From assembly GCF_009914755.1 (NCBI RefSeq), contig NC_060946.1: a stretch of 64,000 bases of DNA. The stretch is one strand, 5' to 3'. The position numbers were made by a program, and so were the translations under genes. Below are positions 1 through 16,896 of the stretch, piece after piece (positions within the stretch are counted from its first letter, which is position 1; the number at the start of each line of letters is the position of its first letter). Origin of the DNA: the human T2T-CHM13v2.0 reference genome, Homo sapiens. The notes under the pieces are model-generated. The model ran no database searches. It was not told the origin of the DNA and was given only the letters and a program-made list of their open reading frames with translations.

Positions 1-1078
1 AGTGGGGAGGCAGAGAAGTGGGATGGGGCATGGCCTCCTGGCTGAGGAAGCAGCCTGATCAAGGGCTCAGAGCTGAGTTTAGGGTCACCAGGTTGCTAAT
101 AGCCTGGTGTGTGGGCTGGGAGAGGATGTGCATGAGGATGGAAGGACATTTGGGGTCCAGATTCTGGAGGGCAGAACGGAAGACTGCGAGGGGAGGCACC
201 GGTGTGGATGAGGGGCCTTTTGTATGCTGGGTGCCGTTCCTGCTCCCAGCAGCTGAGCCGGCCCTGAGTCACCCGTTTGACAGAGAGGCGAAGTGCCTGT
301 CCTGGGCCACCCAGCCTGGTGGGGGCTTGGATGGGAGACCTGATGGGATGGGAAGTCTCATAATTGAAGGAGAACTAGAAAGCAAGCTGGCCGGCTGTTG
401 AAGGGCCAGCCCCTGCCAGGGAATTTAAGACATGATTGGATTTTTACTGGTCCATCCTACCTGGGCTTCTGCCCTGCTGCCTCCCTCAAACTGCCTCATG
501 GTCCCATTGAGAGACAAATAGCCTCATTTATTTTCCTTGGAGAGAAATCAATAAGTCTTTTTAATCAGCCAGGATGTCTTCTGCTAATCTGTCTCCAGCT
601 CTCCTGTAGGACCACCTTTCACATTTCTATCCTCATCTGCCGAGTGGAGCCATGCTTTGCTCTCTAGTCTTCCTCTTCTTCCCCAAGTTCAAATCCTGAC
701 ACCGGTGCTTATCCTGTGTGATGCTGAGCAAGCTATCTGGCCTCTCTGAGTGCACTTCCAAGCAGGAGGAGAAGGCTTGGTTGGCTGAGATGTGCTGTGC
801 GAATGTGAAGGCTTGTGGTGCAGAGCCGTGGGAAGAGGGCCGAGGTGGAGGTGGACAGAGCAGGGGGTGCTGAGGACTATACCTGGCTTTTCCCAGTGGA
901 GCAGTGGGGGAGGCTCCCAGCCCCACACACATGTCACAGTGAAAGGATGATTATGGATTGACTCTCCCCAAGGTACAGTTTGGGCTTCACCAAGTACAAG
1001 CTTGACCTCAGGCAAGTAACCCCTCCTCTCTGGGTCTCAGTTTCCTTATCCATAAAATTGGGGTGGGGTGGGCTATAT

Positions 1079-1258
1079 CAGTGGTTTTCAATCGGGGTGA
1101 CTTTGCCTGCCAGGGGACACTTCATAATGTCTGGAGATGGTTTTGGTTGCTCCAACGTGGGGAGGATGTGCTACTGGTTTCTAGTGGGTAAAGGCCAAGT
1201 ACACTACAGTGCACAGGATAGAGGATAGAGTCCCACAGCAAAGAATTATCCAGCCCCA
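1079..1258 (+). mobile_element. MER20-like hAT-Charlie DNA transposon relic
   Basis: CAGTGGTTTTCAA...ATGTCTGGAGATGGTTTTGGTTG...AAGAATTATCCAGCCC resembles MER20; ends approximate. Confidence 0.7.
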
Positions 1259-1504
1259 GTGACAAAGAATTATTCAGTGGCACTCAGTCTGAAAAACCCA
1301 GCCCAGGCAGTCTCTGAGATCTCTTGAAGCTCTGAAAGTGTAGAACAGTATGGAGTCGAGGGCCTTGGAGGGAGGGCACCAAGACTGAGAGTGGGGATCC
1401 CTGAAGGAGGAGGAGGAGATGGTACAGTCACATAGACTTGGATTAGAACCCTGGAGCTAACATTTACTGAAATGTCACATTCCCAACTACCTTCCCATAC
1501 TCCC

Positions 1505-2450
1505 ACTCACCCATCTTCCCCCATACACCCCCCCACCCATCTTTCCCCCATACACCCACCCACCCATCTTTCCCCCATACACTCACTCACCCATCTTTAC
1601 TCCCCACCCACCCTTCTTTGCTTCATCACTCCATCCGTTCATCCAACCATCCATCTATCCATCCATCCATCCATTAATCTATCTAACCATCCATTCATCC
1701 ATCTAACCATCCATCCATCCAAGCATCCAACTATCCATCCATCCATCTAACAATCCATCCATCCCTCCATCCATCCACCCACCCATCCATCCATCTGTCT
1801 TTCCATCCAAGCACCCAACCATCCATCCATCCATCCATCCATCCATCCATCCATCCATCCATCCAACAATCCGTCCATTCATCCATCCAACTGTCCATCC
1901 ATGCATGCATCCATCTCTCCATCCATCCATCCATCCATCCATCCAGCCATCCATGCATGCATCCATCTCTCCATCCATCCATCTATCCAACAATCCATCC
2001 ATCCATCCATCCATCCAACAATCCATCCATCCATCCATCCATCCATTCATTCATCAATCCAACTGTCCATCCATTCACCCTTCCAACCCTCCAACCACTC
2101 ATCCATTCAACCAACCATACATTCATCTATCCAACCATCCATCCATCCAGCCAACCATCCAACCATCTATCCATCCATCCATCCATCCATCCATTCATCC
2201 ACCCATTTAGCCATCCATCCATCTATCCATCCATCCACCCGCCCACCCATCCATCCAGCCATTCATCCATTTACCTATCTTTCCATCTCTTCATGCATTC
2301 ATCTGCTTATCCACCCATCCCTCCACTCAACCTTTACATTCATGCATTTATCCACACATCTTCCTAACAATTACTTATTTAATCAACATTGACCCCACTA
2401 CCCAAAACCCTATTTACACAACCATCAATCCATCCACTCATCTATCCATT
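1505..2450. repeat. Degenerate (CCAT)n simple repeat, about 950 bp
   Basis: Directly visible; source of the HPSI/MDGW ORFs. Confidence 0.95.
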
Positions 2451-2489
2451 CATTTGTTTGGCAGATGCTTGTTGATTATCCTTCCACAT

Positions 2490-3300
2490 TTCTCATCCAT
2501 TCTACTGTCTGCTGAATGCCCAGAAAAAACCCATATTGGGCACGATCACTCATCCTTTGAACCACTCACAAGGCCTTTTGTATCTGGCTTATTCTCCTCA
2601 CCTTCTGCTGGACTATGAGCTCCTTGAAGATGGGTTCCATGTTCCAAGAGTGCCTGTTTCTTCCCTAGACCTTGGCCACTGGCCCTGCACATAGTAGGTG
2701 TGCAGCACAGCTTTTGATGAAGTGCATCCTGGCAGGCAAGGTTGGAGGTAGAGGTTGTATGGCCTGAGATGAGGCTGGAGGGAGACCAAGAGTGCTGTCA
2801 CAGAGGGCCTTGTATGCCAAGCCAAGGACTTTGGAAAGAAGGCAGTGGGGAGCCACAGAAGGCTTTTGGTTTTGAAAGGGCTCTCTGGCTGCCATGGAGG
2901 TGGGGGATGTATCAGAGGATATGAGGCTACAGGAGAAGGCTGTTCAGGAAGGAGAGAATGCAGCCTGCCTGGGGCAATGGGGCATTGAGGAGTGGGCAGA
3001 AAGGAAGGGTTTAGGTGGTGAAATGGACAGATCTCCGAGATAGATGTGGGGCGAGGGGAAGGGAGGTTCCAGAGAGTTCTAGTCTGGAAAACTTCCAGGA
3101 CTGGTGATGGGGGTGCATCCTTCATGGAGGTGGGACATGCTGGGGGAGAATTTAGTGGTCTGGGAAGAATATGATACATCTCTTCTGGACGTGATGAATC
3201 TGAGGTTCCCAGAGACTTCCCAGCACTATATCTGGGAGGCCTGGTGCTCAGCAGTCAGGGTTCCTGGGGCTGGGACAGACTTGGGACCTGCTCAGCCATA
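2490..3300. mobile_element. L2 LINE fragments (both orientations)
   Basis: L2 3'-end-like text (GACTATGAGCTCCTTGAAG...CACATAGTAGGTG) followed by reverse-strand L2-like sequence; boundaries approximate. Confidence 0.5.
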
Positions 3301-3865
3301 GTCATTTAGGCTGTGGAAGTGGATATGGAGTCCAGGAGAGGAGATGGGAGACCAGAGGGCTGGGGGCTGGAGGAGCCCAGCATTTAAGTGACAGAACCAC
3401 AAAGTGGGAGGAAGACAAGTCTAGGGGCTTGTGGCATCTCCTGGAGCCCAAGGGGAAGAGAGTTTCTAGAGCAGGGGTCTGAACCTGGGGTTCATGAGCT
3501 TGCATGGGCACAAGTTGCATATTTGTTTTGACTGACCCCTGACTGAAGTTTAGCATTTCTTTCTGTTATGGATGGAGGAAACAAACCACACTGGTATTAT
3601 TAGCAACTTCTGTGGCTGTCACCCATAGCAATCACCAATATTTCCATGTCACATCATGGTCCTTGTAGAGCTCTGAGAATATCATCACGGCCATCACTTT
3701 GAGGCAGTGTCACTTAGCGTCCAGCCCAGCACTGGAGCTTGCTACTTACTGTGTTGATAACAAAGAATATATGTTTCTTTATCAAAAATTTGTTTTAAAA
3801 ATATTTTGATAACTACTTTAACATAACTACCTTCCTTTCTAGTTCTATGCTTTTTATTTTTATTT

Positions 3866-4488
<623 letters not shown>

Positions 4489-4525
4489 TGTAAACTTAAA
4501 AAAAAAAAAAAAAAAACTTTTAAAG

Positions 4526-4657
4526 TTTTTTTTTTTTTTTTTTTTTGCAATGCGGTCTCACTATGCTGCCCAGGCTGGCTTTGAACTTCTGGGCTCAAGT
4601 GATCCAGCAGCCTCAGCCTCCCCAGTAGCTGGGGCTATAGTGCACCACTGCACCTGG
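4526..4657 (-). mobile_element. FLAM/Alu monomer
   Basis: Poly-T followed by monomer-length antisense Alu sequence. Confidence 0.8.
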
Positions 4658-4697
4658 TTTACTAATCCTACACTTCAATATTTAAAAAAATGCATTT

Positions 4698-4984
4698 GAC
4701 CTGGCGCGGTGGCTCACGCCTGTAATCCCAGCACTTTGGAGGCCGAGGTGGGTGGATCACGAGGTCAGGAGATTGAGACTCTCCTGGCCAACATGGTGAA
4801 ACCCCGTCTCTACTAAAAATACAAAAATTAGCCAGGCATGGTGGCATGTGCCTGTAATCCCAGCTACTCAGGGGGCTGAGGCAGGAGAATCGCTTGAACC
4901 AGGGAGTCAGAAGTTGCAGTGAGCCGAGATCGTGCCATTGTACTCTAGTCTGGCGACAGAGCAAGACTCCATCTCAAAAAAAAA
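4698..4984 (+). mobile_element. AluS (Sc-like)
   Basis: GGATCACGAGGTCAGGAGA and CTGGCGACAGAGC; imperfect TSD AAAAAT(A)GCATTT. Confidence 0.9.
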
Positions 4985-5006
4985 TAGCATTTAAAAACTT
5001 TATTCT

Positions 5007-5320
<314 letters not shown>

Positions 5321-6476
5321 AAAAACTTTATTCTGAAAAGGGGCTTGTGGCACAGAAAAGGTTAAGAACCCCTGTTCTAGAAGAGGAGTCAGTCATGCCC
5401 AGTGCTGCTGGCACATGCGAGTGAGAATGCCTGCTGCATCTGTGTGCACACGTGTATAAGGGGTGCAGGTGCATGAGAGGCAGCAGCTCTCCTTGGGAAT
5501 GCACACATGAACACAGACGTGTGTTCAGGGGCAGGCAGGGGAGACACGCGGCAGAGGACAGGTCCCCAGGGAGGCTGGAGAAGAATGTAATCCACACTGG
5601 TCGAGCCCTCACCCTCTCAGTTCAATGGCTGCTTGGGAGAAGGGAGGCATCAGAGGCACGGTGAGGTCCCAGAGGAGGCATCTGCAGCCCCTGCCCAGGA
5701 GTCAAGGAAGCCTTCCTGCCTGCATACTTTCTGTGTGGTTGGGCTCCCGAGGCTGGATCAGCCCACAGACAGTGGGACCCTGGCCCCCAGGGACCTGCCT
5801 GGCCCTTCTCTTCAGCTGTGATGGAAGCAGCTGTGTCTGGCAAATCTCTTCGGCTGGAGCATCCTTCCTGTGGACCTTCCACCTTGGCTTCTCATCCCAG
5901 CTGGCAGCCTCTGTTTCCTGCCATTGCCTCCCCTACTCTGCTGTCTGCACTGGGTACTGAAGCTTGCTAGGTATTTGGGAATCAGAGACTTTGGCCAAAT
6001 ACAATGAGTTCTTATACAACGGGGATTCCAAGAAGTGGGGCTGGCGTAGGAACAAGGAAGGGCTCACTCCCTTGCCCCCTCCTGAAAAGGATCTCAATGC
6101 ACTGAGATGGCATAGCTTATAAGCAGAACCAATCATGCCATTTGTCATGTGGGGAGTTCCTTGTCGCTGGAGGCATGTAAGCGGAGGGAGGCCTGGGACC
6201 ATCTGCCTGGCAGGTCTCTTCATTTTATGGAGCAGCTTTCTGTCTCAGCTCAATCACTGTGTCATCTCGGGCAAGTGCTGTCTTCTCTGGGCCTTCATTT
6301 TCATGGCCATAAAGTGGGGTGTAATAATGTCTGCCATGCCTGTCTCCCGAGGCAGCTGTGGCCACAGGTGGAATGAGGTTTAAAGGAGAATTAGAAGACA
6401 GGAGGGTATGAGGTTCAAATCCTGGCTCTGTCCCTCACTGACTGTGTCCTTGGGCAAGGCTAAGGAACAGAGATGA

Positions 6477-6884
<408 letters not shown>

Positions 6885-6927
6885 TAATAGTTGCATTTTT
6901 GTTTTTCCTTAAAGCAGTTGCTCTTCA

Positions 6928-7095
6928 TTTTTTTTTTTTTTTTTTTTTTGAGACAAAGTCTTGCTCTGTCACCCAGGCTGGAGTGCAGTGGCACCGTCAT
7001 AACTCACTGCAGCCTTGAACTTCTGGGCTTAAGTGATCCTCCTGCCTCAGCCTTCTAAGTAACTGGGACCACAGGTACATGCCGGCAAACTCAGC
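6928..7095 (-). mobile_element. Alu monomer (FRAM/AluJ arm)
   Basis: Poly-T plus one Alu arm. Confidence 0.8.
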
Positions 7096-7119
7096 TGTTC
7101 CATTTTTTATTGAGGTTAA

Positions 7120-7475
<356 letters not shown>

Positions 7476-7479
7476 TTCA

Positions 7480-8195
7480 AGGCATTTTCATATAAGTCCT
7501 CTCCTGGGGCCACCACTCAGGTCAAGAAGAACATCTCCAGTCCTGGAAGCTTCCCTGTCCCCCACCTGCCTTGGGTACTCCCCAACGTTACTGCTCTTCT
7601 GACCTTCTTCACTGTAGATTGGCTTCTCCTGGCTCTTAACTTCATGTAATTGGAGTTATGCGTTGTTTGCTCTGCTGCGTCTGGCTTCTGTTTCCCAGCA
7701 GAGATCCCTCCATGCTGTTGTGTGTTTCAGTTGCCTGTCCTTTTCATGGCTAAGTAGTACTCCATGCGGGCTTCTCATGCATGGCACTGGTGACATTTTG
7801 AGCTGGATGATTCTTTGTTGTGGGGCTGTCCTGTACGTTGTAGGGTGTTTTAGCTGCATTCCTGGTCTCTACCCACTAGATGCCGGTGTCCTATCCCCTC
7901 AAGTGTGACAACCAAAAATGTCTCCAGACACGGCCAAATGTCCCTTGGGGGACAAAATCATCCCTGGTTGAAAACCACCACCCTACCCCATTCTTCTGTT
8001 GATGAACACCTAGGTTGTCCCAGGTTGGGGCTGTTACCGATAACACAGACGTGCCTGTTCTGGGACGTAGCTTTTTGTGGGGTGTGTGAGCATTTCTCCT
8101 GGGTATGCACCCAGGAGTGGCCCCGCTGGGTCCTAGCGTGGGCATATGTTTGGTTTTAGTAGAAGCTGCTGAGCAGCCTTCCAGAGTGGTTGCTG
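7480..8195 (-). mobile_element. Old L1 (L1M) 3' fragments interrupted by a MER20 at about 7780-7978
   Basis: L1M-like CCCATTCTTCTGTTGATGAACACCTAGGTTG; MER20 motif GTGACAACCAAAAATGTCTCCAGACA. Confidence 0.65.
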
Positions 8196-9635
8196 CCTGT
8201 TTATTATTCATTGAATAAACGAATGAACGAATGAATGTGTGAATGAGTGTCCTCCCAAAACCCCAGGCTCTGAAACAGCTGATGTTCAAATTGGTGGCCA
8301 CTGTTGCTCGAACACATGCTACACCGTCACACATCACGGGTGGTCCTGGAACAGGGATGCACACGGGCACCTTCCGGGAAGGAGCTGAGCCTGGTTCATC
8401 TCAGCACCCTGAGGCACAGGCCACGTATACAGCAGGTGGTCCTTGGATGCTTGTAGGCCTGGCCTCAGAGGAGCATGGAGCTGGCCCAAGAACTGGGATC
8501 TGGAACCTCAGGCCTGGAGGGCCTGAGGCCTGAGCTCCCCCTCCTTTGGGTTCACTGGGGACCAGCAGGGGAGGGACACTCGGTGTAGGTGCTGGTCCAC
8601 CTTCCCTACCTCCCCGATCCAGGAGGATGGAGCCCCCAGCCCCTTTTCTCCACCTGATTTATTTAGACAACTGAAACGCACCCTGGGAAGTGGATCAGAT
8701 TTTAGATTTGACAAAAATAAAAACAAACTTGGCCACCCCCGCCAAACCCAGCACTCCCGCCCCCACCAGCCTCCCAGAGCCCCCCGAATCACAGAAACTG
8801 AGTGTCGCCTGGGCCTGCAGAAGGAGGGTGGTGGTCGCCATGGTAACCATGCAGGCCTCTGGCTCGGCTCCTGGAGAGGAGGCTGCCCTGCAGGGCCTGC
8901 CCGGGCGCCGGGCACTGCCCCTCCACACGGTTGCTCTTCTAGCTGGGAACTGGCAGGTTTGAGGGAGCCCCAGCATAGTGGCTTCCCTGGTGACCCTGTC
9001 CCCTTAGTCCACATCCTGACCTTCTCAGGCCTTGGTGGCTAGGGTGTGGTGTGGTTATGATCTGGCTTAGCTGGGTTTTGATCCTCCTGGCTGGGGGACC
9101 TTGAGGCAAACATGCCCTTGCTGGCTTCCCCTCCCCTTCTTCCTGCAGGTAGAGCTTTCCTTCTGAACCACAGCAGGGGCTGGAGCATCTCTCTTCCTGA
9201 CCCCACTGCATACAACACAGGCCTGGGTCCCCAGCAGGGACACAGCCAGACGGGCTGCCGGCTGGGCTCACCACTGACCCAGCCTCCGCTTCCCTCTGCC
9301 TGGCTGGGAGCCTCAGAGAGAGACGATGTGGGTGGGGAGGAAAGAGCAAATATTCCATTAAACCCATCTCAGTTGGGGGTCCCTCACATCGCAGACACTG
9401 AACCAGGTGATGGCAGGATGTGTGGATGAGAACATGGGATTTGCAGCCAGTGAGAGGCAGTGCAGATCCTGCCCCTGCCACATACCATGGGAGTGACCCT
9501 GGAACCACCTCCTGTGGCCTTAGTTTCCTTTCCTGTGAAGTGGGGATAACGGTAGTATCAGCCAGTTTGGGAGAACTCTGCTGATGTTGCAGGGTGACCC
9601 TGCTCATTGCTAGGCCTGAATTGGTTGACAGATTC

Positions 9636-10651
<1,016 letters not shown>

Positions 10652-13610
10652 ATGCATGCTGTTTGATTTGGAGGCTCCTTGGCAAACAGACACTCAGGGG
10701 CACTGAAGAAGTGTTCGCGATTGTCACCATTATTACCACCGGCAGGCTGGCGCCTGGCACACAACAGGCACACAATATAAGCACATTCATTCCCCCTGCT
10801 CAGCTCTGAGACCCCAGTTCTGAAGACTTTGAGAGGTGTGGTGCGGGGACGTGGGTAGGAAGTGGGGCTGAGGGCCCAGGCTGTGCTGAGGCGCTGGGGG
10901 GCTCTGCAGCAGCACCCAAAGACCCTGAGTGATTTTCTCCCCGAGGCCTGTGTGCTTGGGATGGCTTTGCCTGCCAAGGAAACTCGATTGATTGCATCAC
11001 CATTGATCTGTTTCTCCATCTGTGTTCCTCAAAGGCGCTCAGGGCTGCCCGTCAGGGATCTAATCAGCTTAAAGTGATGGTACTGTGGCTGTGCCGAGTG
11101 TGTGGGGAAACGCGGAGGGTTTCCGTGTGAGTTTGAAAAATCGACTGTGGCTTGGGGACCCCCGTGGGTGGTGAGTCTGTTGTCTAAGTGTCACTTCAGC
11201 TCTGGGCTTGCTGTGGAGCTGGGACAGATTTCTGCCCCTGTTTTCCATCAGTGCAATGAGGGATTGGAGCCGTTGCTCTCTAACGACGCTGGCAGGGCTG
11301 CTCTGTGGCAAAGGTCACCCCGACTGCAGTGAGGGCCTGAGGGGTGAAGTAGGCGAGGCAGCTGGGCCTTGGATGCCCGTCGCAGGGCTTCAAGCCTCGC
11401 TGTGAGAGGCAGTTGGGAGCCATTGAAGACGTCCTGCCGTCGTGGCACTAGCACTCCAGCCCTGCCCCCTCTGTCACCCAGAAATCCTGTGCTCCCCCTT
11501 GGGTCTCCAGCTTCCCTCAGGTTGTCCCCGAACCTCACGGCTTCGCTTGCCTGTGTTCTCAGAGAGTTCCTCAACACTTGTGACTCATGGTGGAAGCATG
11601 AGGCGTCAGGCCAGGCTGCAGAGTGGCTCAAGCCGGAGACCTTGACTCCCCCCGCCACCCTCCTACCCCACACTGCACTGTCTGGTTTAACTTCAAGGAG
11701 GGCTGGTGCTTTTGATCCCTGAGCCAGTGGGGAGTGTGTCAGGAACCGCGGGCAGTGATGCCAGTTCTGGCCTGACTTCTAAGCCTCCTGGGCTCTTGGA
11801 AGGGGCCCAAGCTTTGCCATCTGGGATTTCCCCGGGCACCTCTGGGCAAGGGCTGAGACCATCCATTGCTGAATTTCTGAAGCTGAGCAGCCCAGGGATG
11901 AAAGCCACTCCATCTGCCTCCTGGGGGGACCCAGTGCAGTGGGCGAGTTAGTTGGGCCACAGAGGCAGTGCTGTGCAGCGGCCACCAGCACTGCTGTGAA
12001 TCAGACAATCTGGGCTGCTCGGGGACTGGGTGACCTTGTGTGAGTGGTGTCAGCTCTCCAGGCTTGTTCCTTTTCCATCCCCAGGGGATTGTGAGAGCTG
12101 AGGTCATGTCCCTAGGGTGTCTGGTACACAGTCGTCAGAGGTATTGCCAAATTCATCACTGTGGTACGTGCTAGCCAGGGCAGGTGGGAGTGCTTCTGGA
12201 GAGGAGGCTGAGCCACCACCTTGTGAGGGGCAAGAGGCACATCCGGGGAAGCTTCAAGAAGAGGTGACCTGCGAACTGGGCTCTGAAACAGTCTGCCTGC
12301 TGGAGAGGTGGAGGAAAGGGAAAGTGTAGGCAGAAGGCGTGTTTGGAGAAAGCGAGTGCTGAGGCCAGTGAGTGATAAGACTGCAAGGATTCACTGAGGC
12401 GAGAGTCTACCTTGCGTACCAGGCTTGGGAGGGTGATGGGGAGCCATGGGAGGTTCTTGAGCAGGAGAGAGGCATCTGGAGAGTGTGTTTCAGGCAGATT
12501 AGCCTGGCAGTGGCAAAACAGCTTGGAGGCAGGAAAAGCCTCCAGCCTGAGGTTTTGTGTCTCAGCTCTGCTCTTTTCCAGCTGGTGACCTTGGGCCAAT
12601 CTGTTTCCCTTTTGTGTCTTGGTTTCCTTATTTGTAAATGGGGCTTATAAAAGAGCTGTGAGGATTAAATGAGATAACATTTGGAAAATGTTCAAGTTGT
12701 GTTGGGCACACAGCAAGTGCCTGGTTATCGTGTGGGGCAGATTGGAGGGGCAGAGACCAGAGCTGGGGGATACCGAGGATGCTGGGTCAGGGTCCTGGGG
12801 AGACACACTGAAGATGGGCTGAGAGGCCTCAGGGGAGGGAGGAGAGCCATGGGCAGAGACAGGCCGTACTTCACAGAGGAGAGCGCTGGCCTTGGAGTCC
12901 AGCAGGCCTGGTGTGAATCTCTGTGCCAGTAATTCCTAGCTGTGAAACCCAGGAGAGGCCCCTGATTTCCCCATGTCTCAGCCTTCCTTATCTGTAAAAT
13001 GGGCCTGCTGACCTCCACTGCTCAGGGCCTTGTTGAGGAGGCAGCAGGGGCACCGGGCTCCTGGGAGACGCCACTAAGTGCACTTTGAGCCTGAAACTGG
13101 CAGGAGGGGCAGAGGGAGCAGAGGATGGGGCTGGAAGGAGAGAGCGCACGACAGGAAGAGGGGAAAGGCGAGGGGGATGGGGGATGTTCTTTGGTAATTA
13201 GAATGTTCGAACTTCAAAAAAGTTAATTAATGATGAAGCTGCTGCTGGAGCCAGGCTCAGGCTCGAAGGGGGCCCTGGCAGCGACTGAAATTAATTACAG
13301 GCTATGGCGGGAGAGTGGCAGTGGGGTGAGGGGACGGGAAGGAGCAGGGCTGGGGCCAGGAGGAGCTGAGAAGAGGCCACGAGTAGGCAGCATCCCAAAG
13401 TGGGCAGGGCTGGGGATGGGAGGGAGGCTGTTGCCATGGAAACCAGGTCACCTCTCCCACTCCTCTCTGGGTGGGGTCCTGCTGAGGGTTTGGCTGGTGT
13501 GGCTACATCCCAGCTAAGGGCAAGGGCTTTGAAATGGAGGGGTGAGGGGTTTGCTTGGAGACACTCCTGAGTCCCCGGATGTTGGAGTGGGCAGGGCCCC
13601 TAGAGATTTA

Positions 13611-14586
<976 letters not shown>

Positions 14587-14917
14587 TATTTATTCATCCG
14601 ACAGATGTTCATTGAACACCTACTAGATGTTAGGCCGTGAGTGTAAAGTCCCTGTCCCCTTTGGAATGTAGATTAGAGCAGTGGCAGAGACAATGAGCAT
14701 GTCAGCAAGACAGTGGCAGGGCGTGAAGAGGGCGTGCGGCAGCTGGGGGTGATGAGGTTGGGTGGAGACTTCTCAGAGGAGGTGAACATGATGCTAGAAG
14801 CTCAGCCCTTGAAGTGGGAACAGCACATGCAAAGGCCCTGAGGTGGAGTGTCCTGATGTCACTCACTGTGTGTCTGAGGAGCGGCAGGAGCCAGTGAGGT
14901 CAGAGCAGAGTGAGCCA

Positions 14918-15292
14918 GGGCAGGGCGGAGAGAGATGGGGGAGCAGGGTGGAGAGAGATGGGGGGGCAGGGCGGAGGGAGATGGGGGGGCAGGGCGGAGA
15001 GAGATGGCGGAGAGAGATGGGGGAGCAGGGTAGAGGGAGATGGGGGGCAGGGCGGAGGGAGATGGGCAGGGCGGAGGGAGATGGGGGAGCAGGGCGGAGA
15101 GAGATGGGGGAGCAGGGCGGAGAGAGATGGGGGAGCAGGGCGGAGAGAGATGGGGGGGCAGGGCGGAGGGAGATGGGGGGGCAGGGCGGAGGGAGATCGG
15201 GGGGCAGGGCGGAGAGAGATGGGGGAGCAGGATGGAGAGAGATGGGGGGCAGGGTGGAGAGAGATGGGGGGGCAGGGCAGAGGGAGATGGGG
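14918..15292. repeat. G-rich minisatellite, about 23-25 bp unit (GGGGGAGCAGGGCGGAGAGAGAT), about 16 copies
   Basis: Directly visible; flanked on both sides by antisense L2-like sequence. Confidence 0.93.
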
Positions 15293-16877
15293 TATTAGGG
15301 CCCAGGGAGATGGGGTGTCAGAGTGGGGCCCTGCAGGCCAGGCAAGGGCTTCAAAGTTTGTGCTGAGAGAGCCCGGGAGCAGGGGCAGGGTTTTGTGCTG
15401 AGGAGGGAGGTGGTCTTGCTGATGTTTTTAACTGCCCACTGCTGCTGCAGGAAGGGTGGTTTGGAGGGGCCAGGGCAGACCCAGGGGGCCGATGGGGAGG
15501 CTCCTGGTCATCCGGTGGAGGACCTCCAGGTTCAGAGACAAGGAGGGGCTTGCCGAAGACCGCAGAGCCAGTCAGTGCTGGGACGAGTTCAAATGCAGGT
15601 CTCCTGGCTTCGTGGTCTTGTTTGCTGCTTTTACTGCATGAGAGCCCCTTTCTGTCTCCTGACACTCAGTTTCTGGGGGAGGAAAGGGGGTTGCATAGGT
15701 GGGGTGTGGTGAGTTCCATCAGCATCTCTCCTCTTACAGAAGGAGAACCTACTCCCGACTCCAGTCATTGCCTGTTAAGTTCAGTCAGGCTGCATGGTCT
15801 GGAAGTTCACCTGGGTGTCTGACTTCATCATACTATGTGTGGCTCAAGTCCATTTCATCCTGGACTGCCTCTTTTCAAGTAGGCACAGATTTTCGAAGGC
15901 CCCAGGACTCAGTCAACTGGAGATCCCGTTGGGGAGATCTGAGCAGGCTTCGGATTTCTTACTGGTATGACAGGCGGGGGCTGGAAGTGACACAGCCCTG
16001 AGCTCCTTGAGGCCTGACCTCCCTGGTCCTGTGACTGGGAGGATAGACAGTGGCGGGACTGGACACTGCGGGCTGTGTTCTAAGGATGGGTAGGAGTTGG
16101 CCTGGGAGGGAGGGAGGAGGGCATTCATGGAGGGGCTCTCAGCAGTGGTGAGGAGAGCAGCCTGGCCAGGTGCAGGAGGGGAGCCCATTCACCCCAGCTG
16201 CAAGCTGTGCCCAGAGGCCCTGCCCAAGGCCAGGTTCATGGCCAGCTCTGGATTCCCTCCGCAGCAGGAGACTTTCTGCCTGTCCAGGACTGAGGGGCCC
16301 AGCCCCACCCCATGTGGTGCAGGCCAGGGCTGGGCTTGGTGCGGGTGTTTTGGAGTTAGGTGATGAGCCCTACCTGAGCCCTAACCCTGGCAGTGGGCAA
16401 GGAGAGAAGAACGGGGCCATCCAGCCAATCTCAGCCCCACTGGAGGGCCCTCTGCGGGCTCCAGACCCAGACCTTGGCAGAGACGGAGGGAACATGGGTC
16501 AGGGGAGGGAAAGGTGGTCAGAGAAGGGAGGCAGTGACAGTCAGAGGGTGGTAGTTGGGGTGGAGAGGCTGGGATAGCCCAGAGTTCCCTGACAGCCAGG
16601 CTTCCGGGAACCTCTCCCTTCCCTGGGCCTGAGGGGAGCTCTCAGGCTGGGGCAAGGAGTGGGGTCCTGCAGCTGGGGGCCTGGTGGGTTTGGCGCATAT
16701 GGCCATGTCTGTTGTGATGGGGGCAGACTGGCACCACGGGCTTTGAGCTGTTTCAGGGATGGCACCCAGAGGGAGAAGAATGAGGAATGGGGTGTATGCC
16801 TGTGTGTGTGGTGGGTTGCGGGTATTACACTCTAGGGTGCACCCCGGCCCCCACGGGCGATCCCACCTGCTGCTTTG

Positions 16878-16896
16878 TCCTTGACTTGGTGTGCAC
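16878..16896 (+). other. U12 (minor spliceosome) branch point and AC 3' splice site of intron 1
   Basis: TCCTTGAC at 16878-16885 (U12 consensus TCCTTRAC). Intron ends AC at 16895-16896, with no AG or pyrimidine tract at the exon boundary. Confidence 0.9.

Noticed and set aside
1472-2392. HPSI/MDGW-repeat ORFs (also 38634-39411)
   Set aside because: Translations of (CCAT)n simple repeats, open in several frames.
14843-15401. Gly/Arg/Glu-rich ORFs; possible CRISPR-like array
   Set aside because: Head-to-tail minisatellite with no unique spacers, in eukaryotic context.
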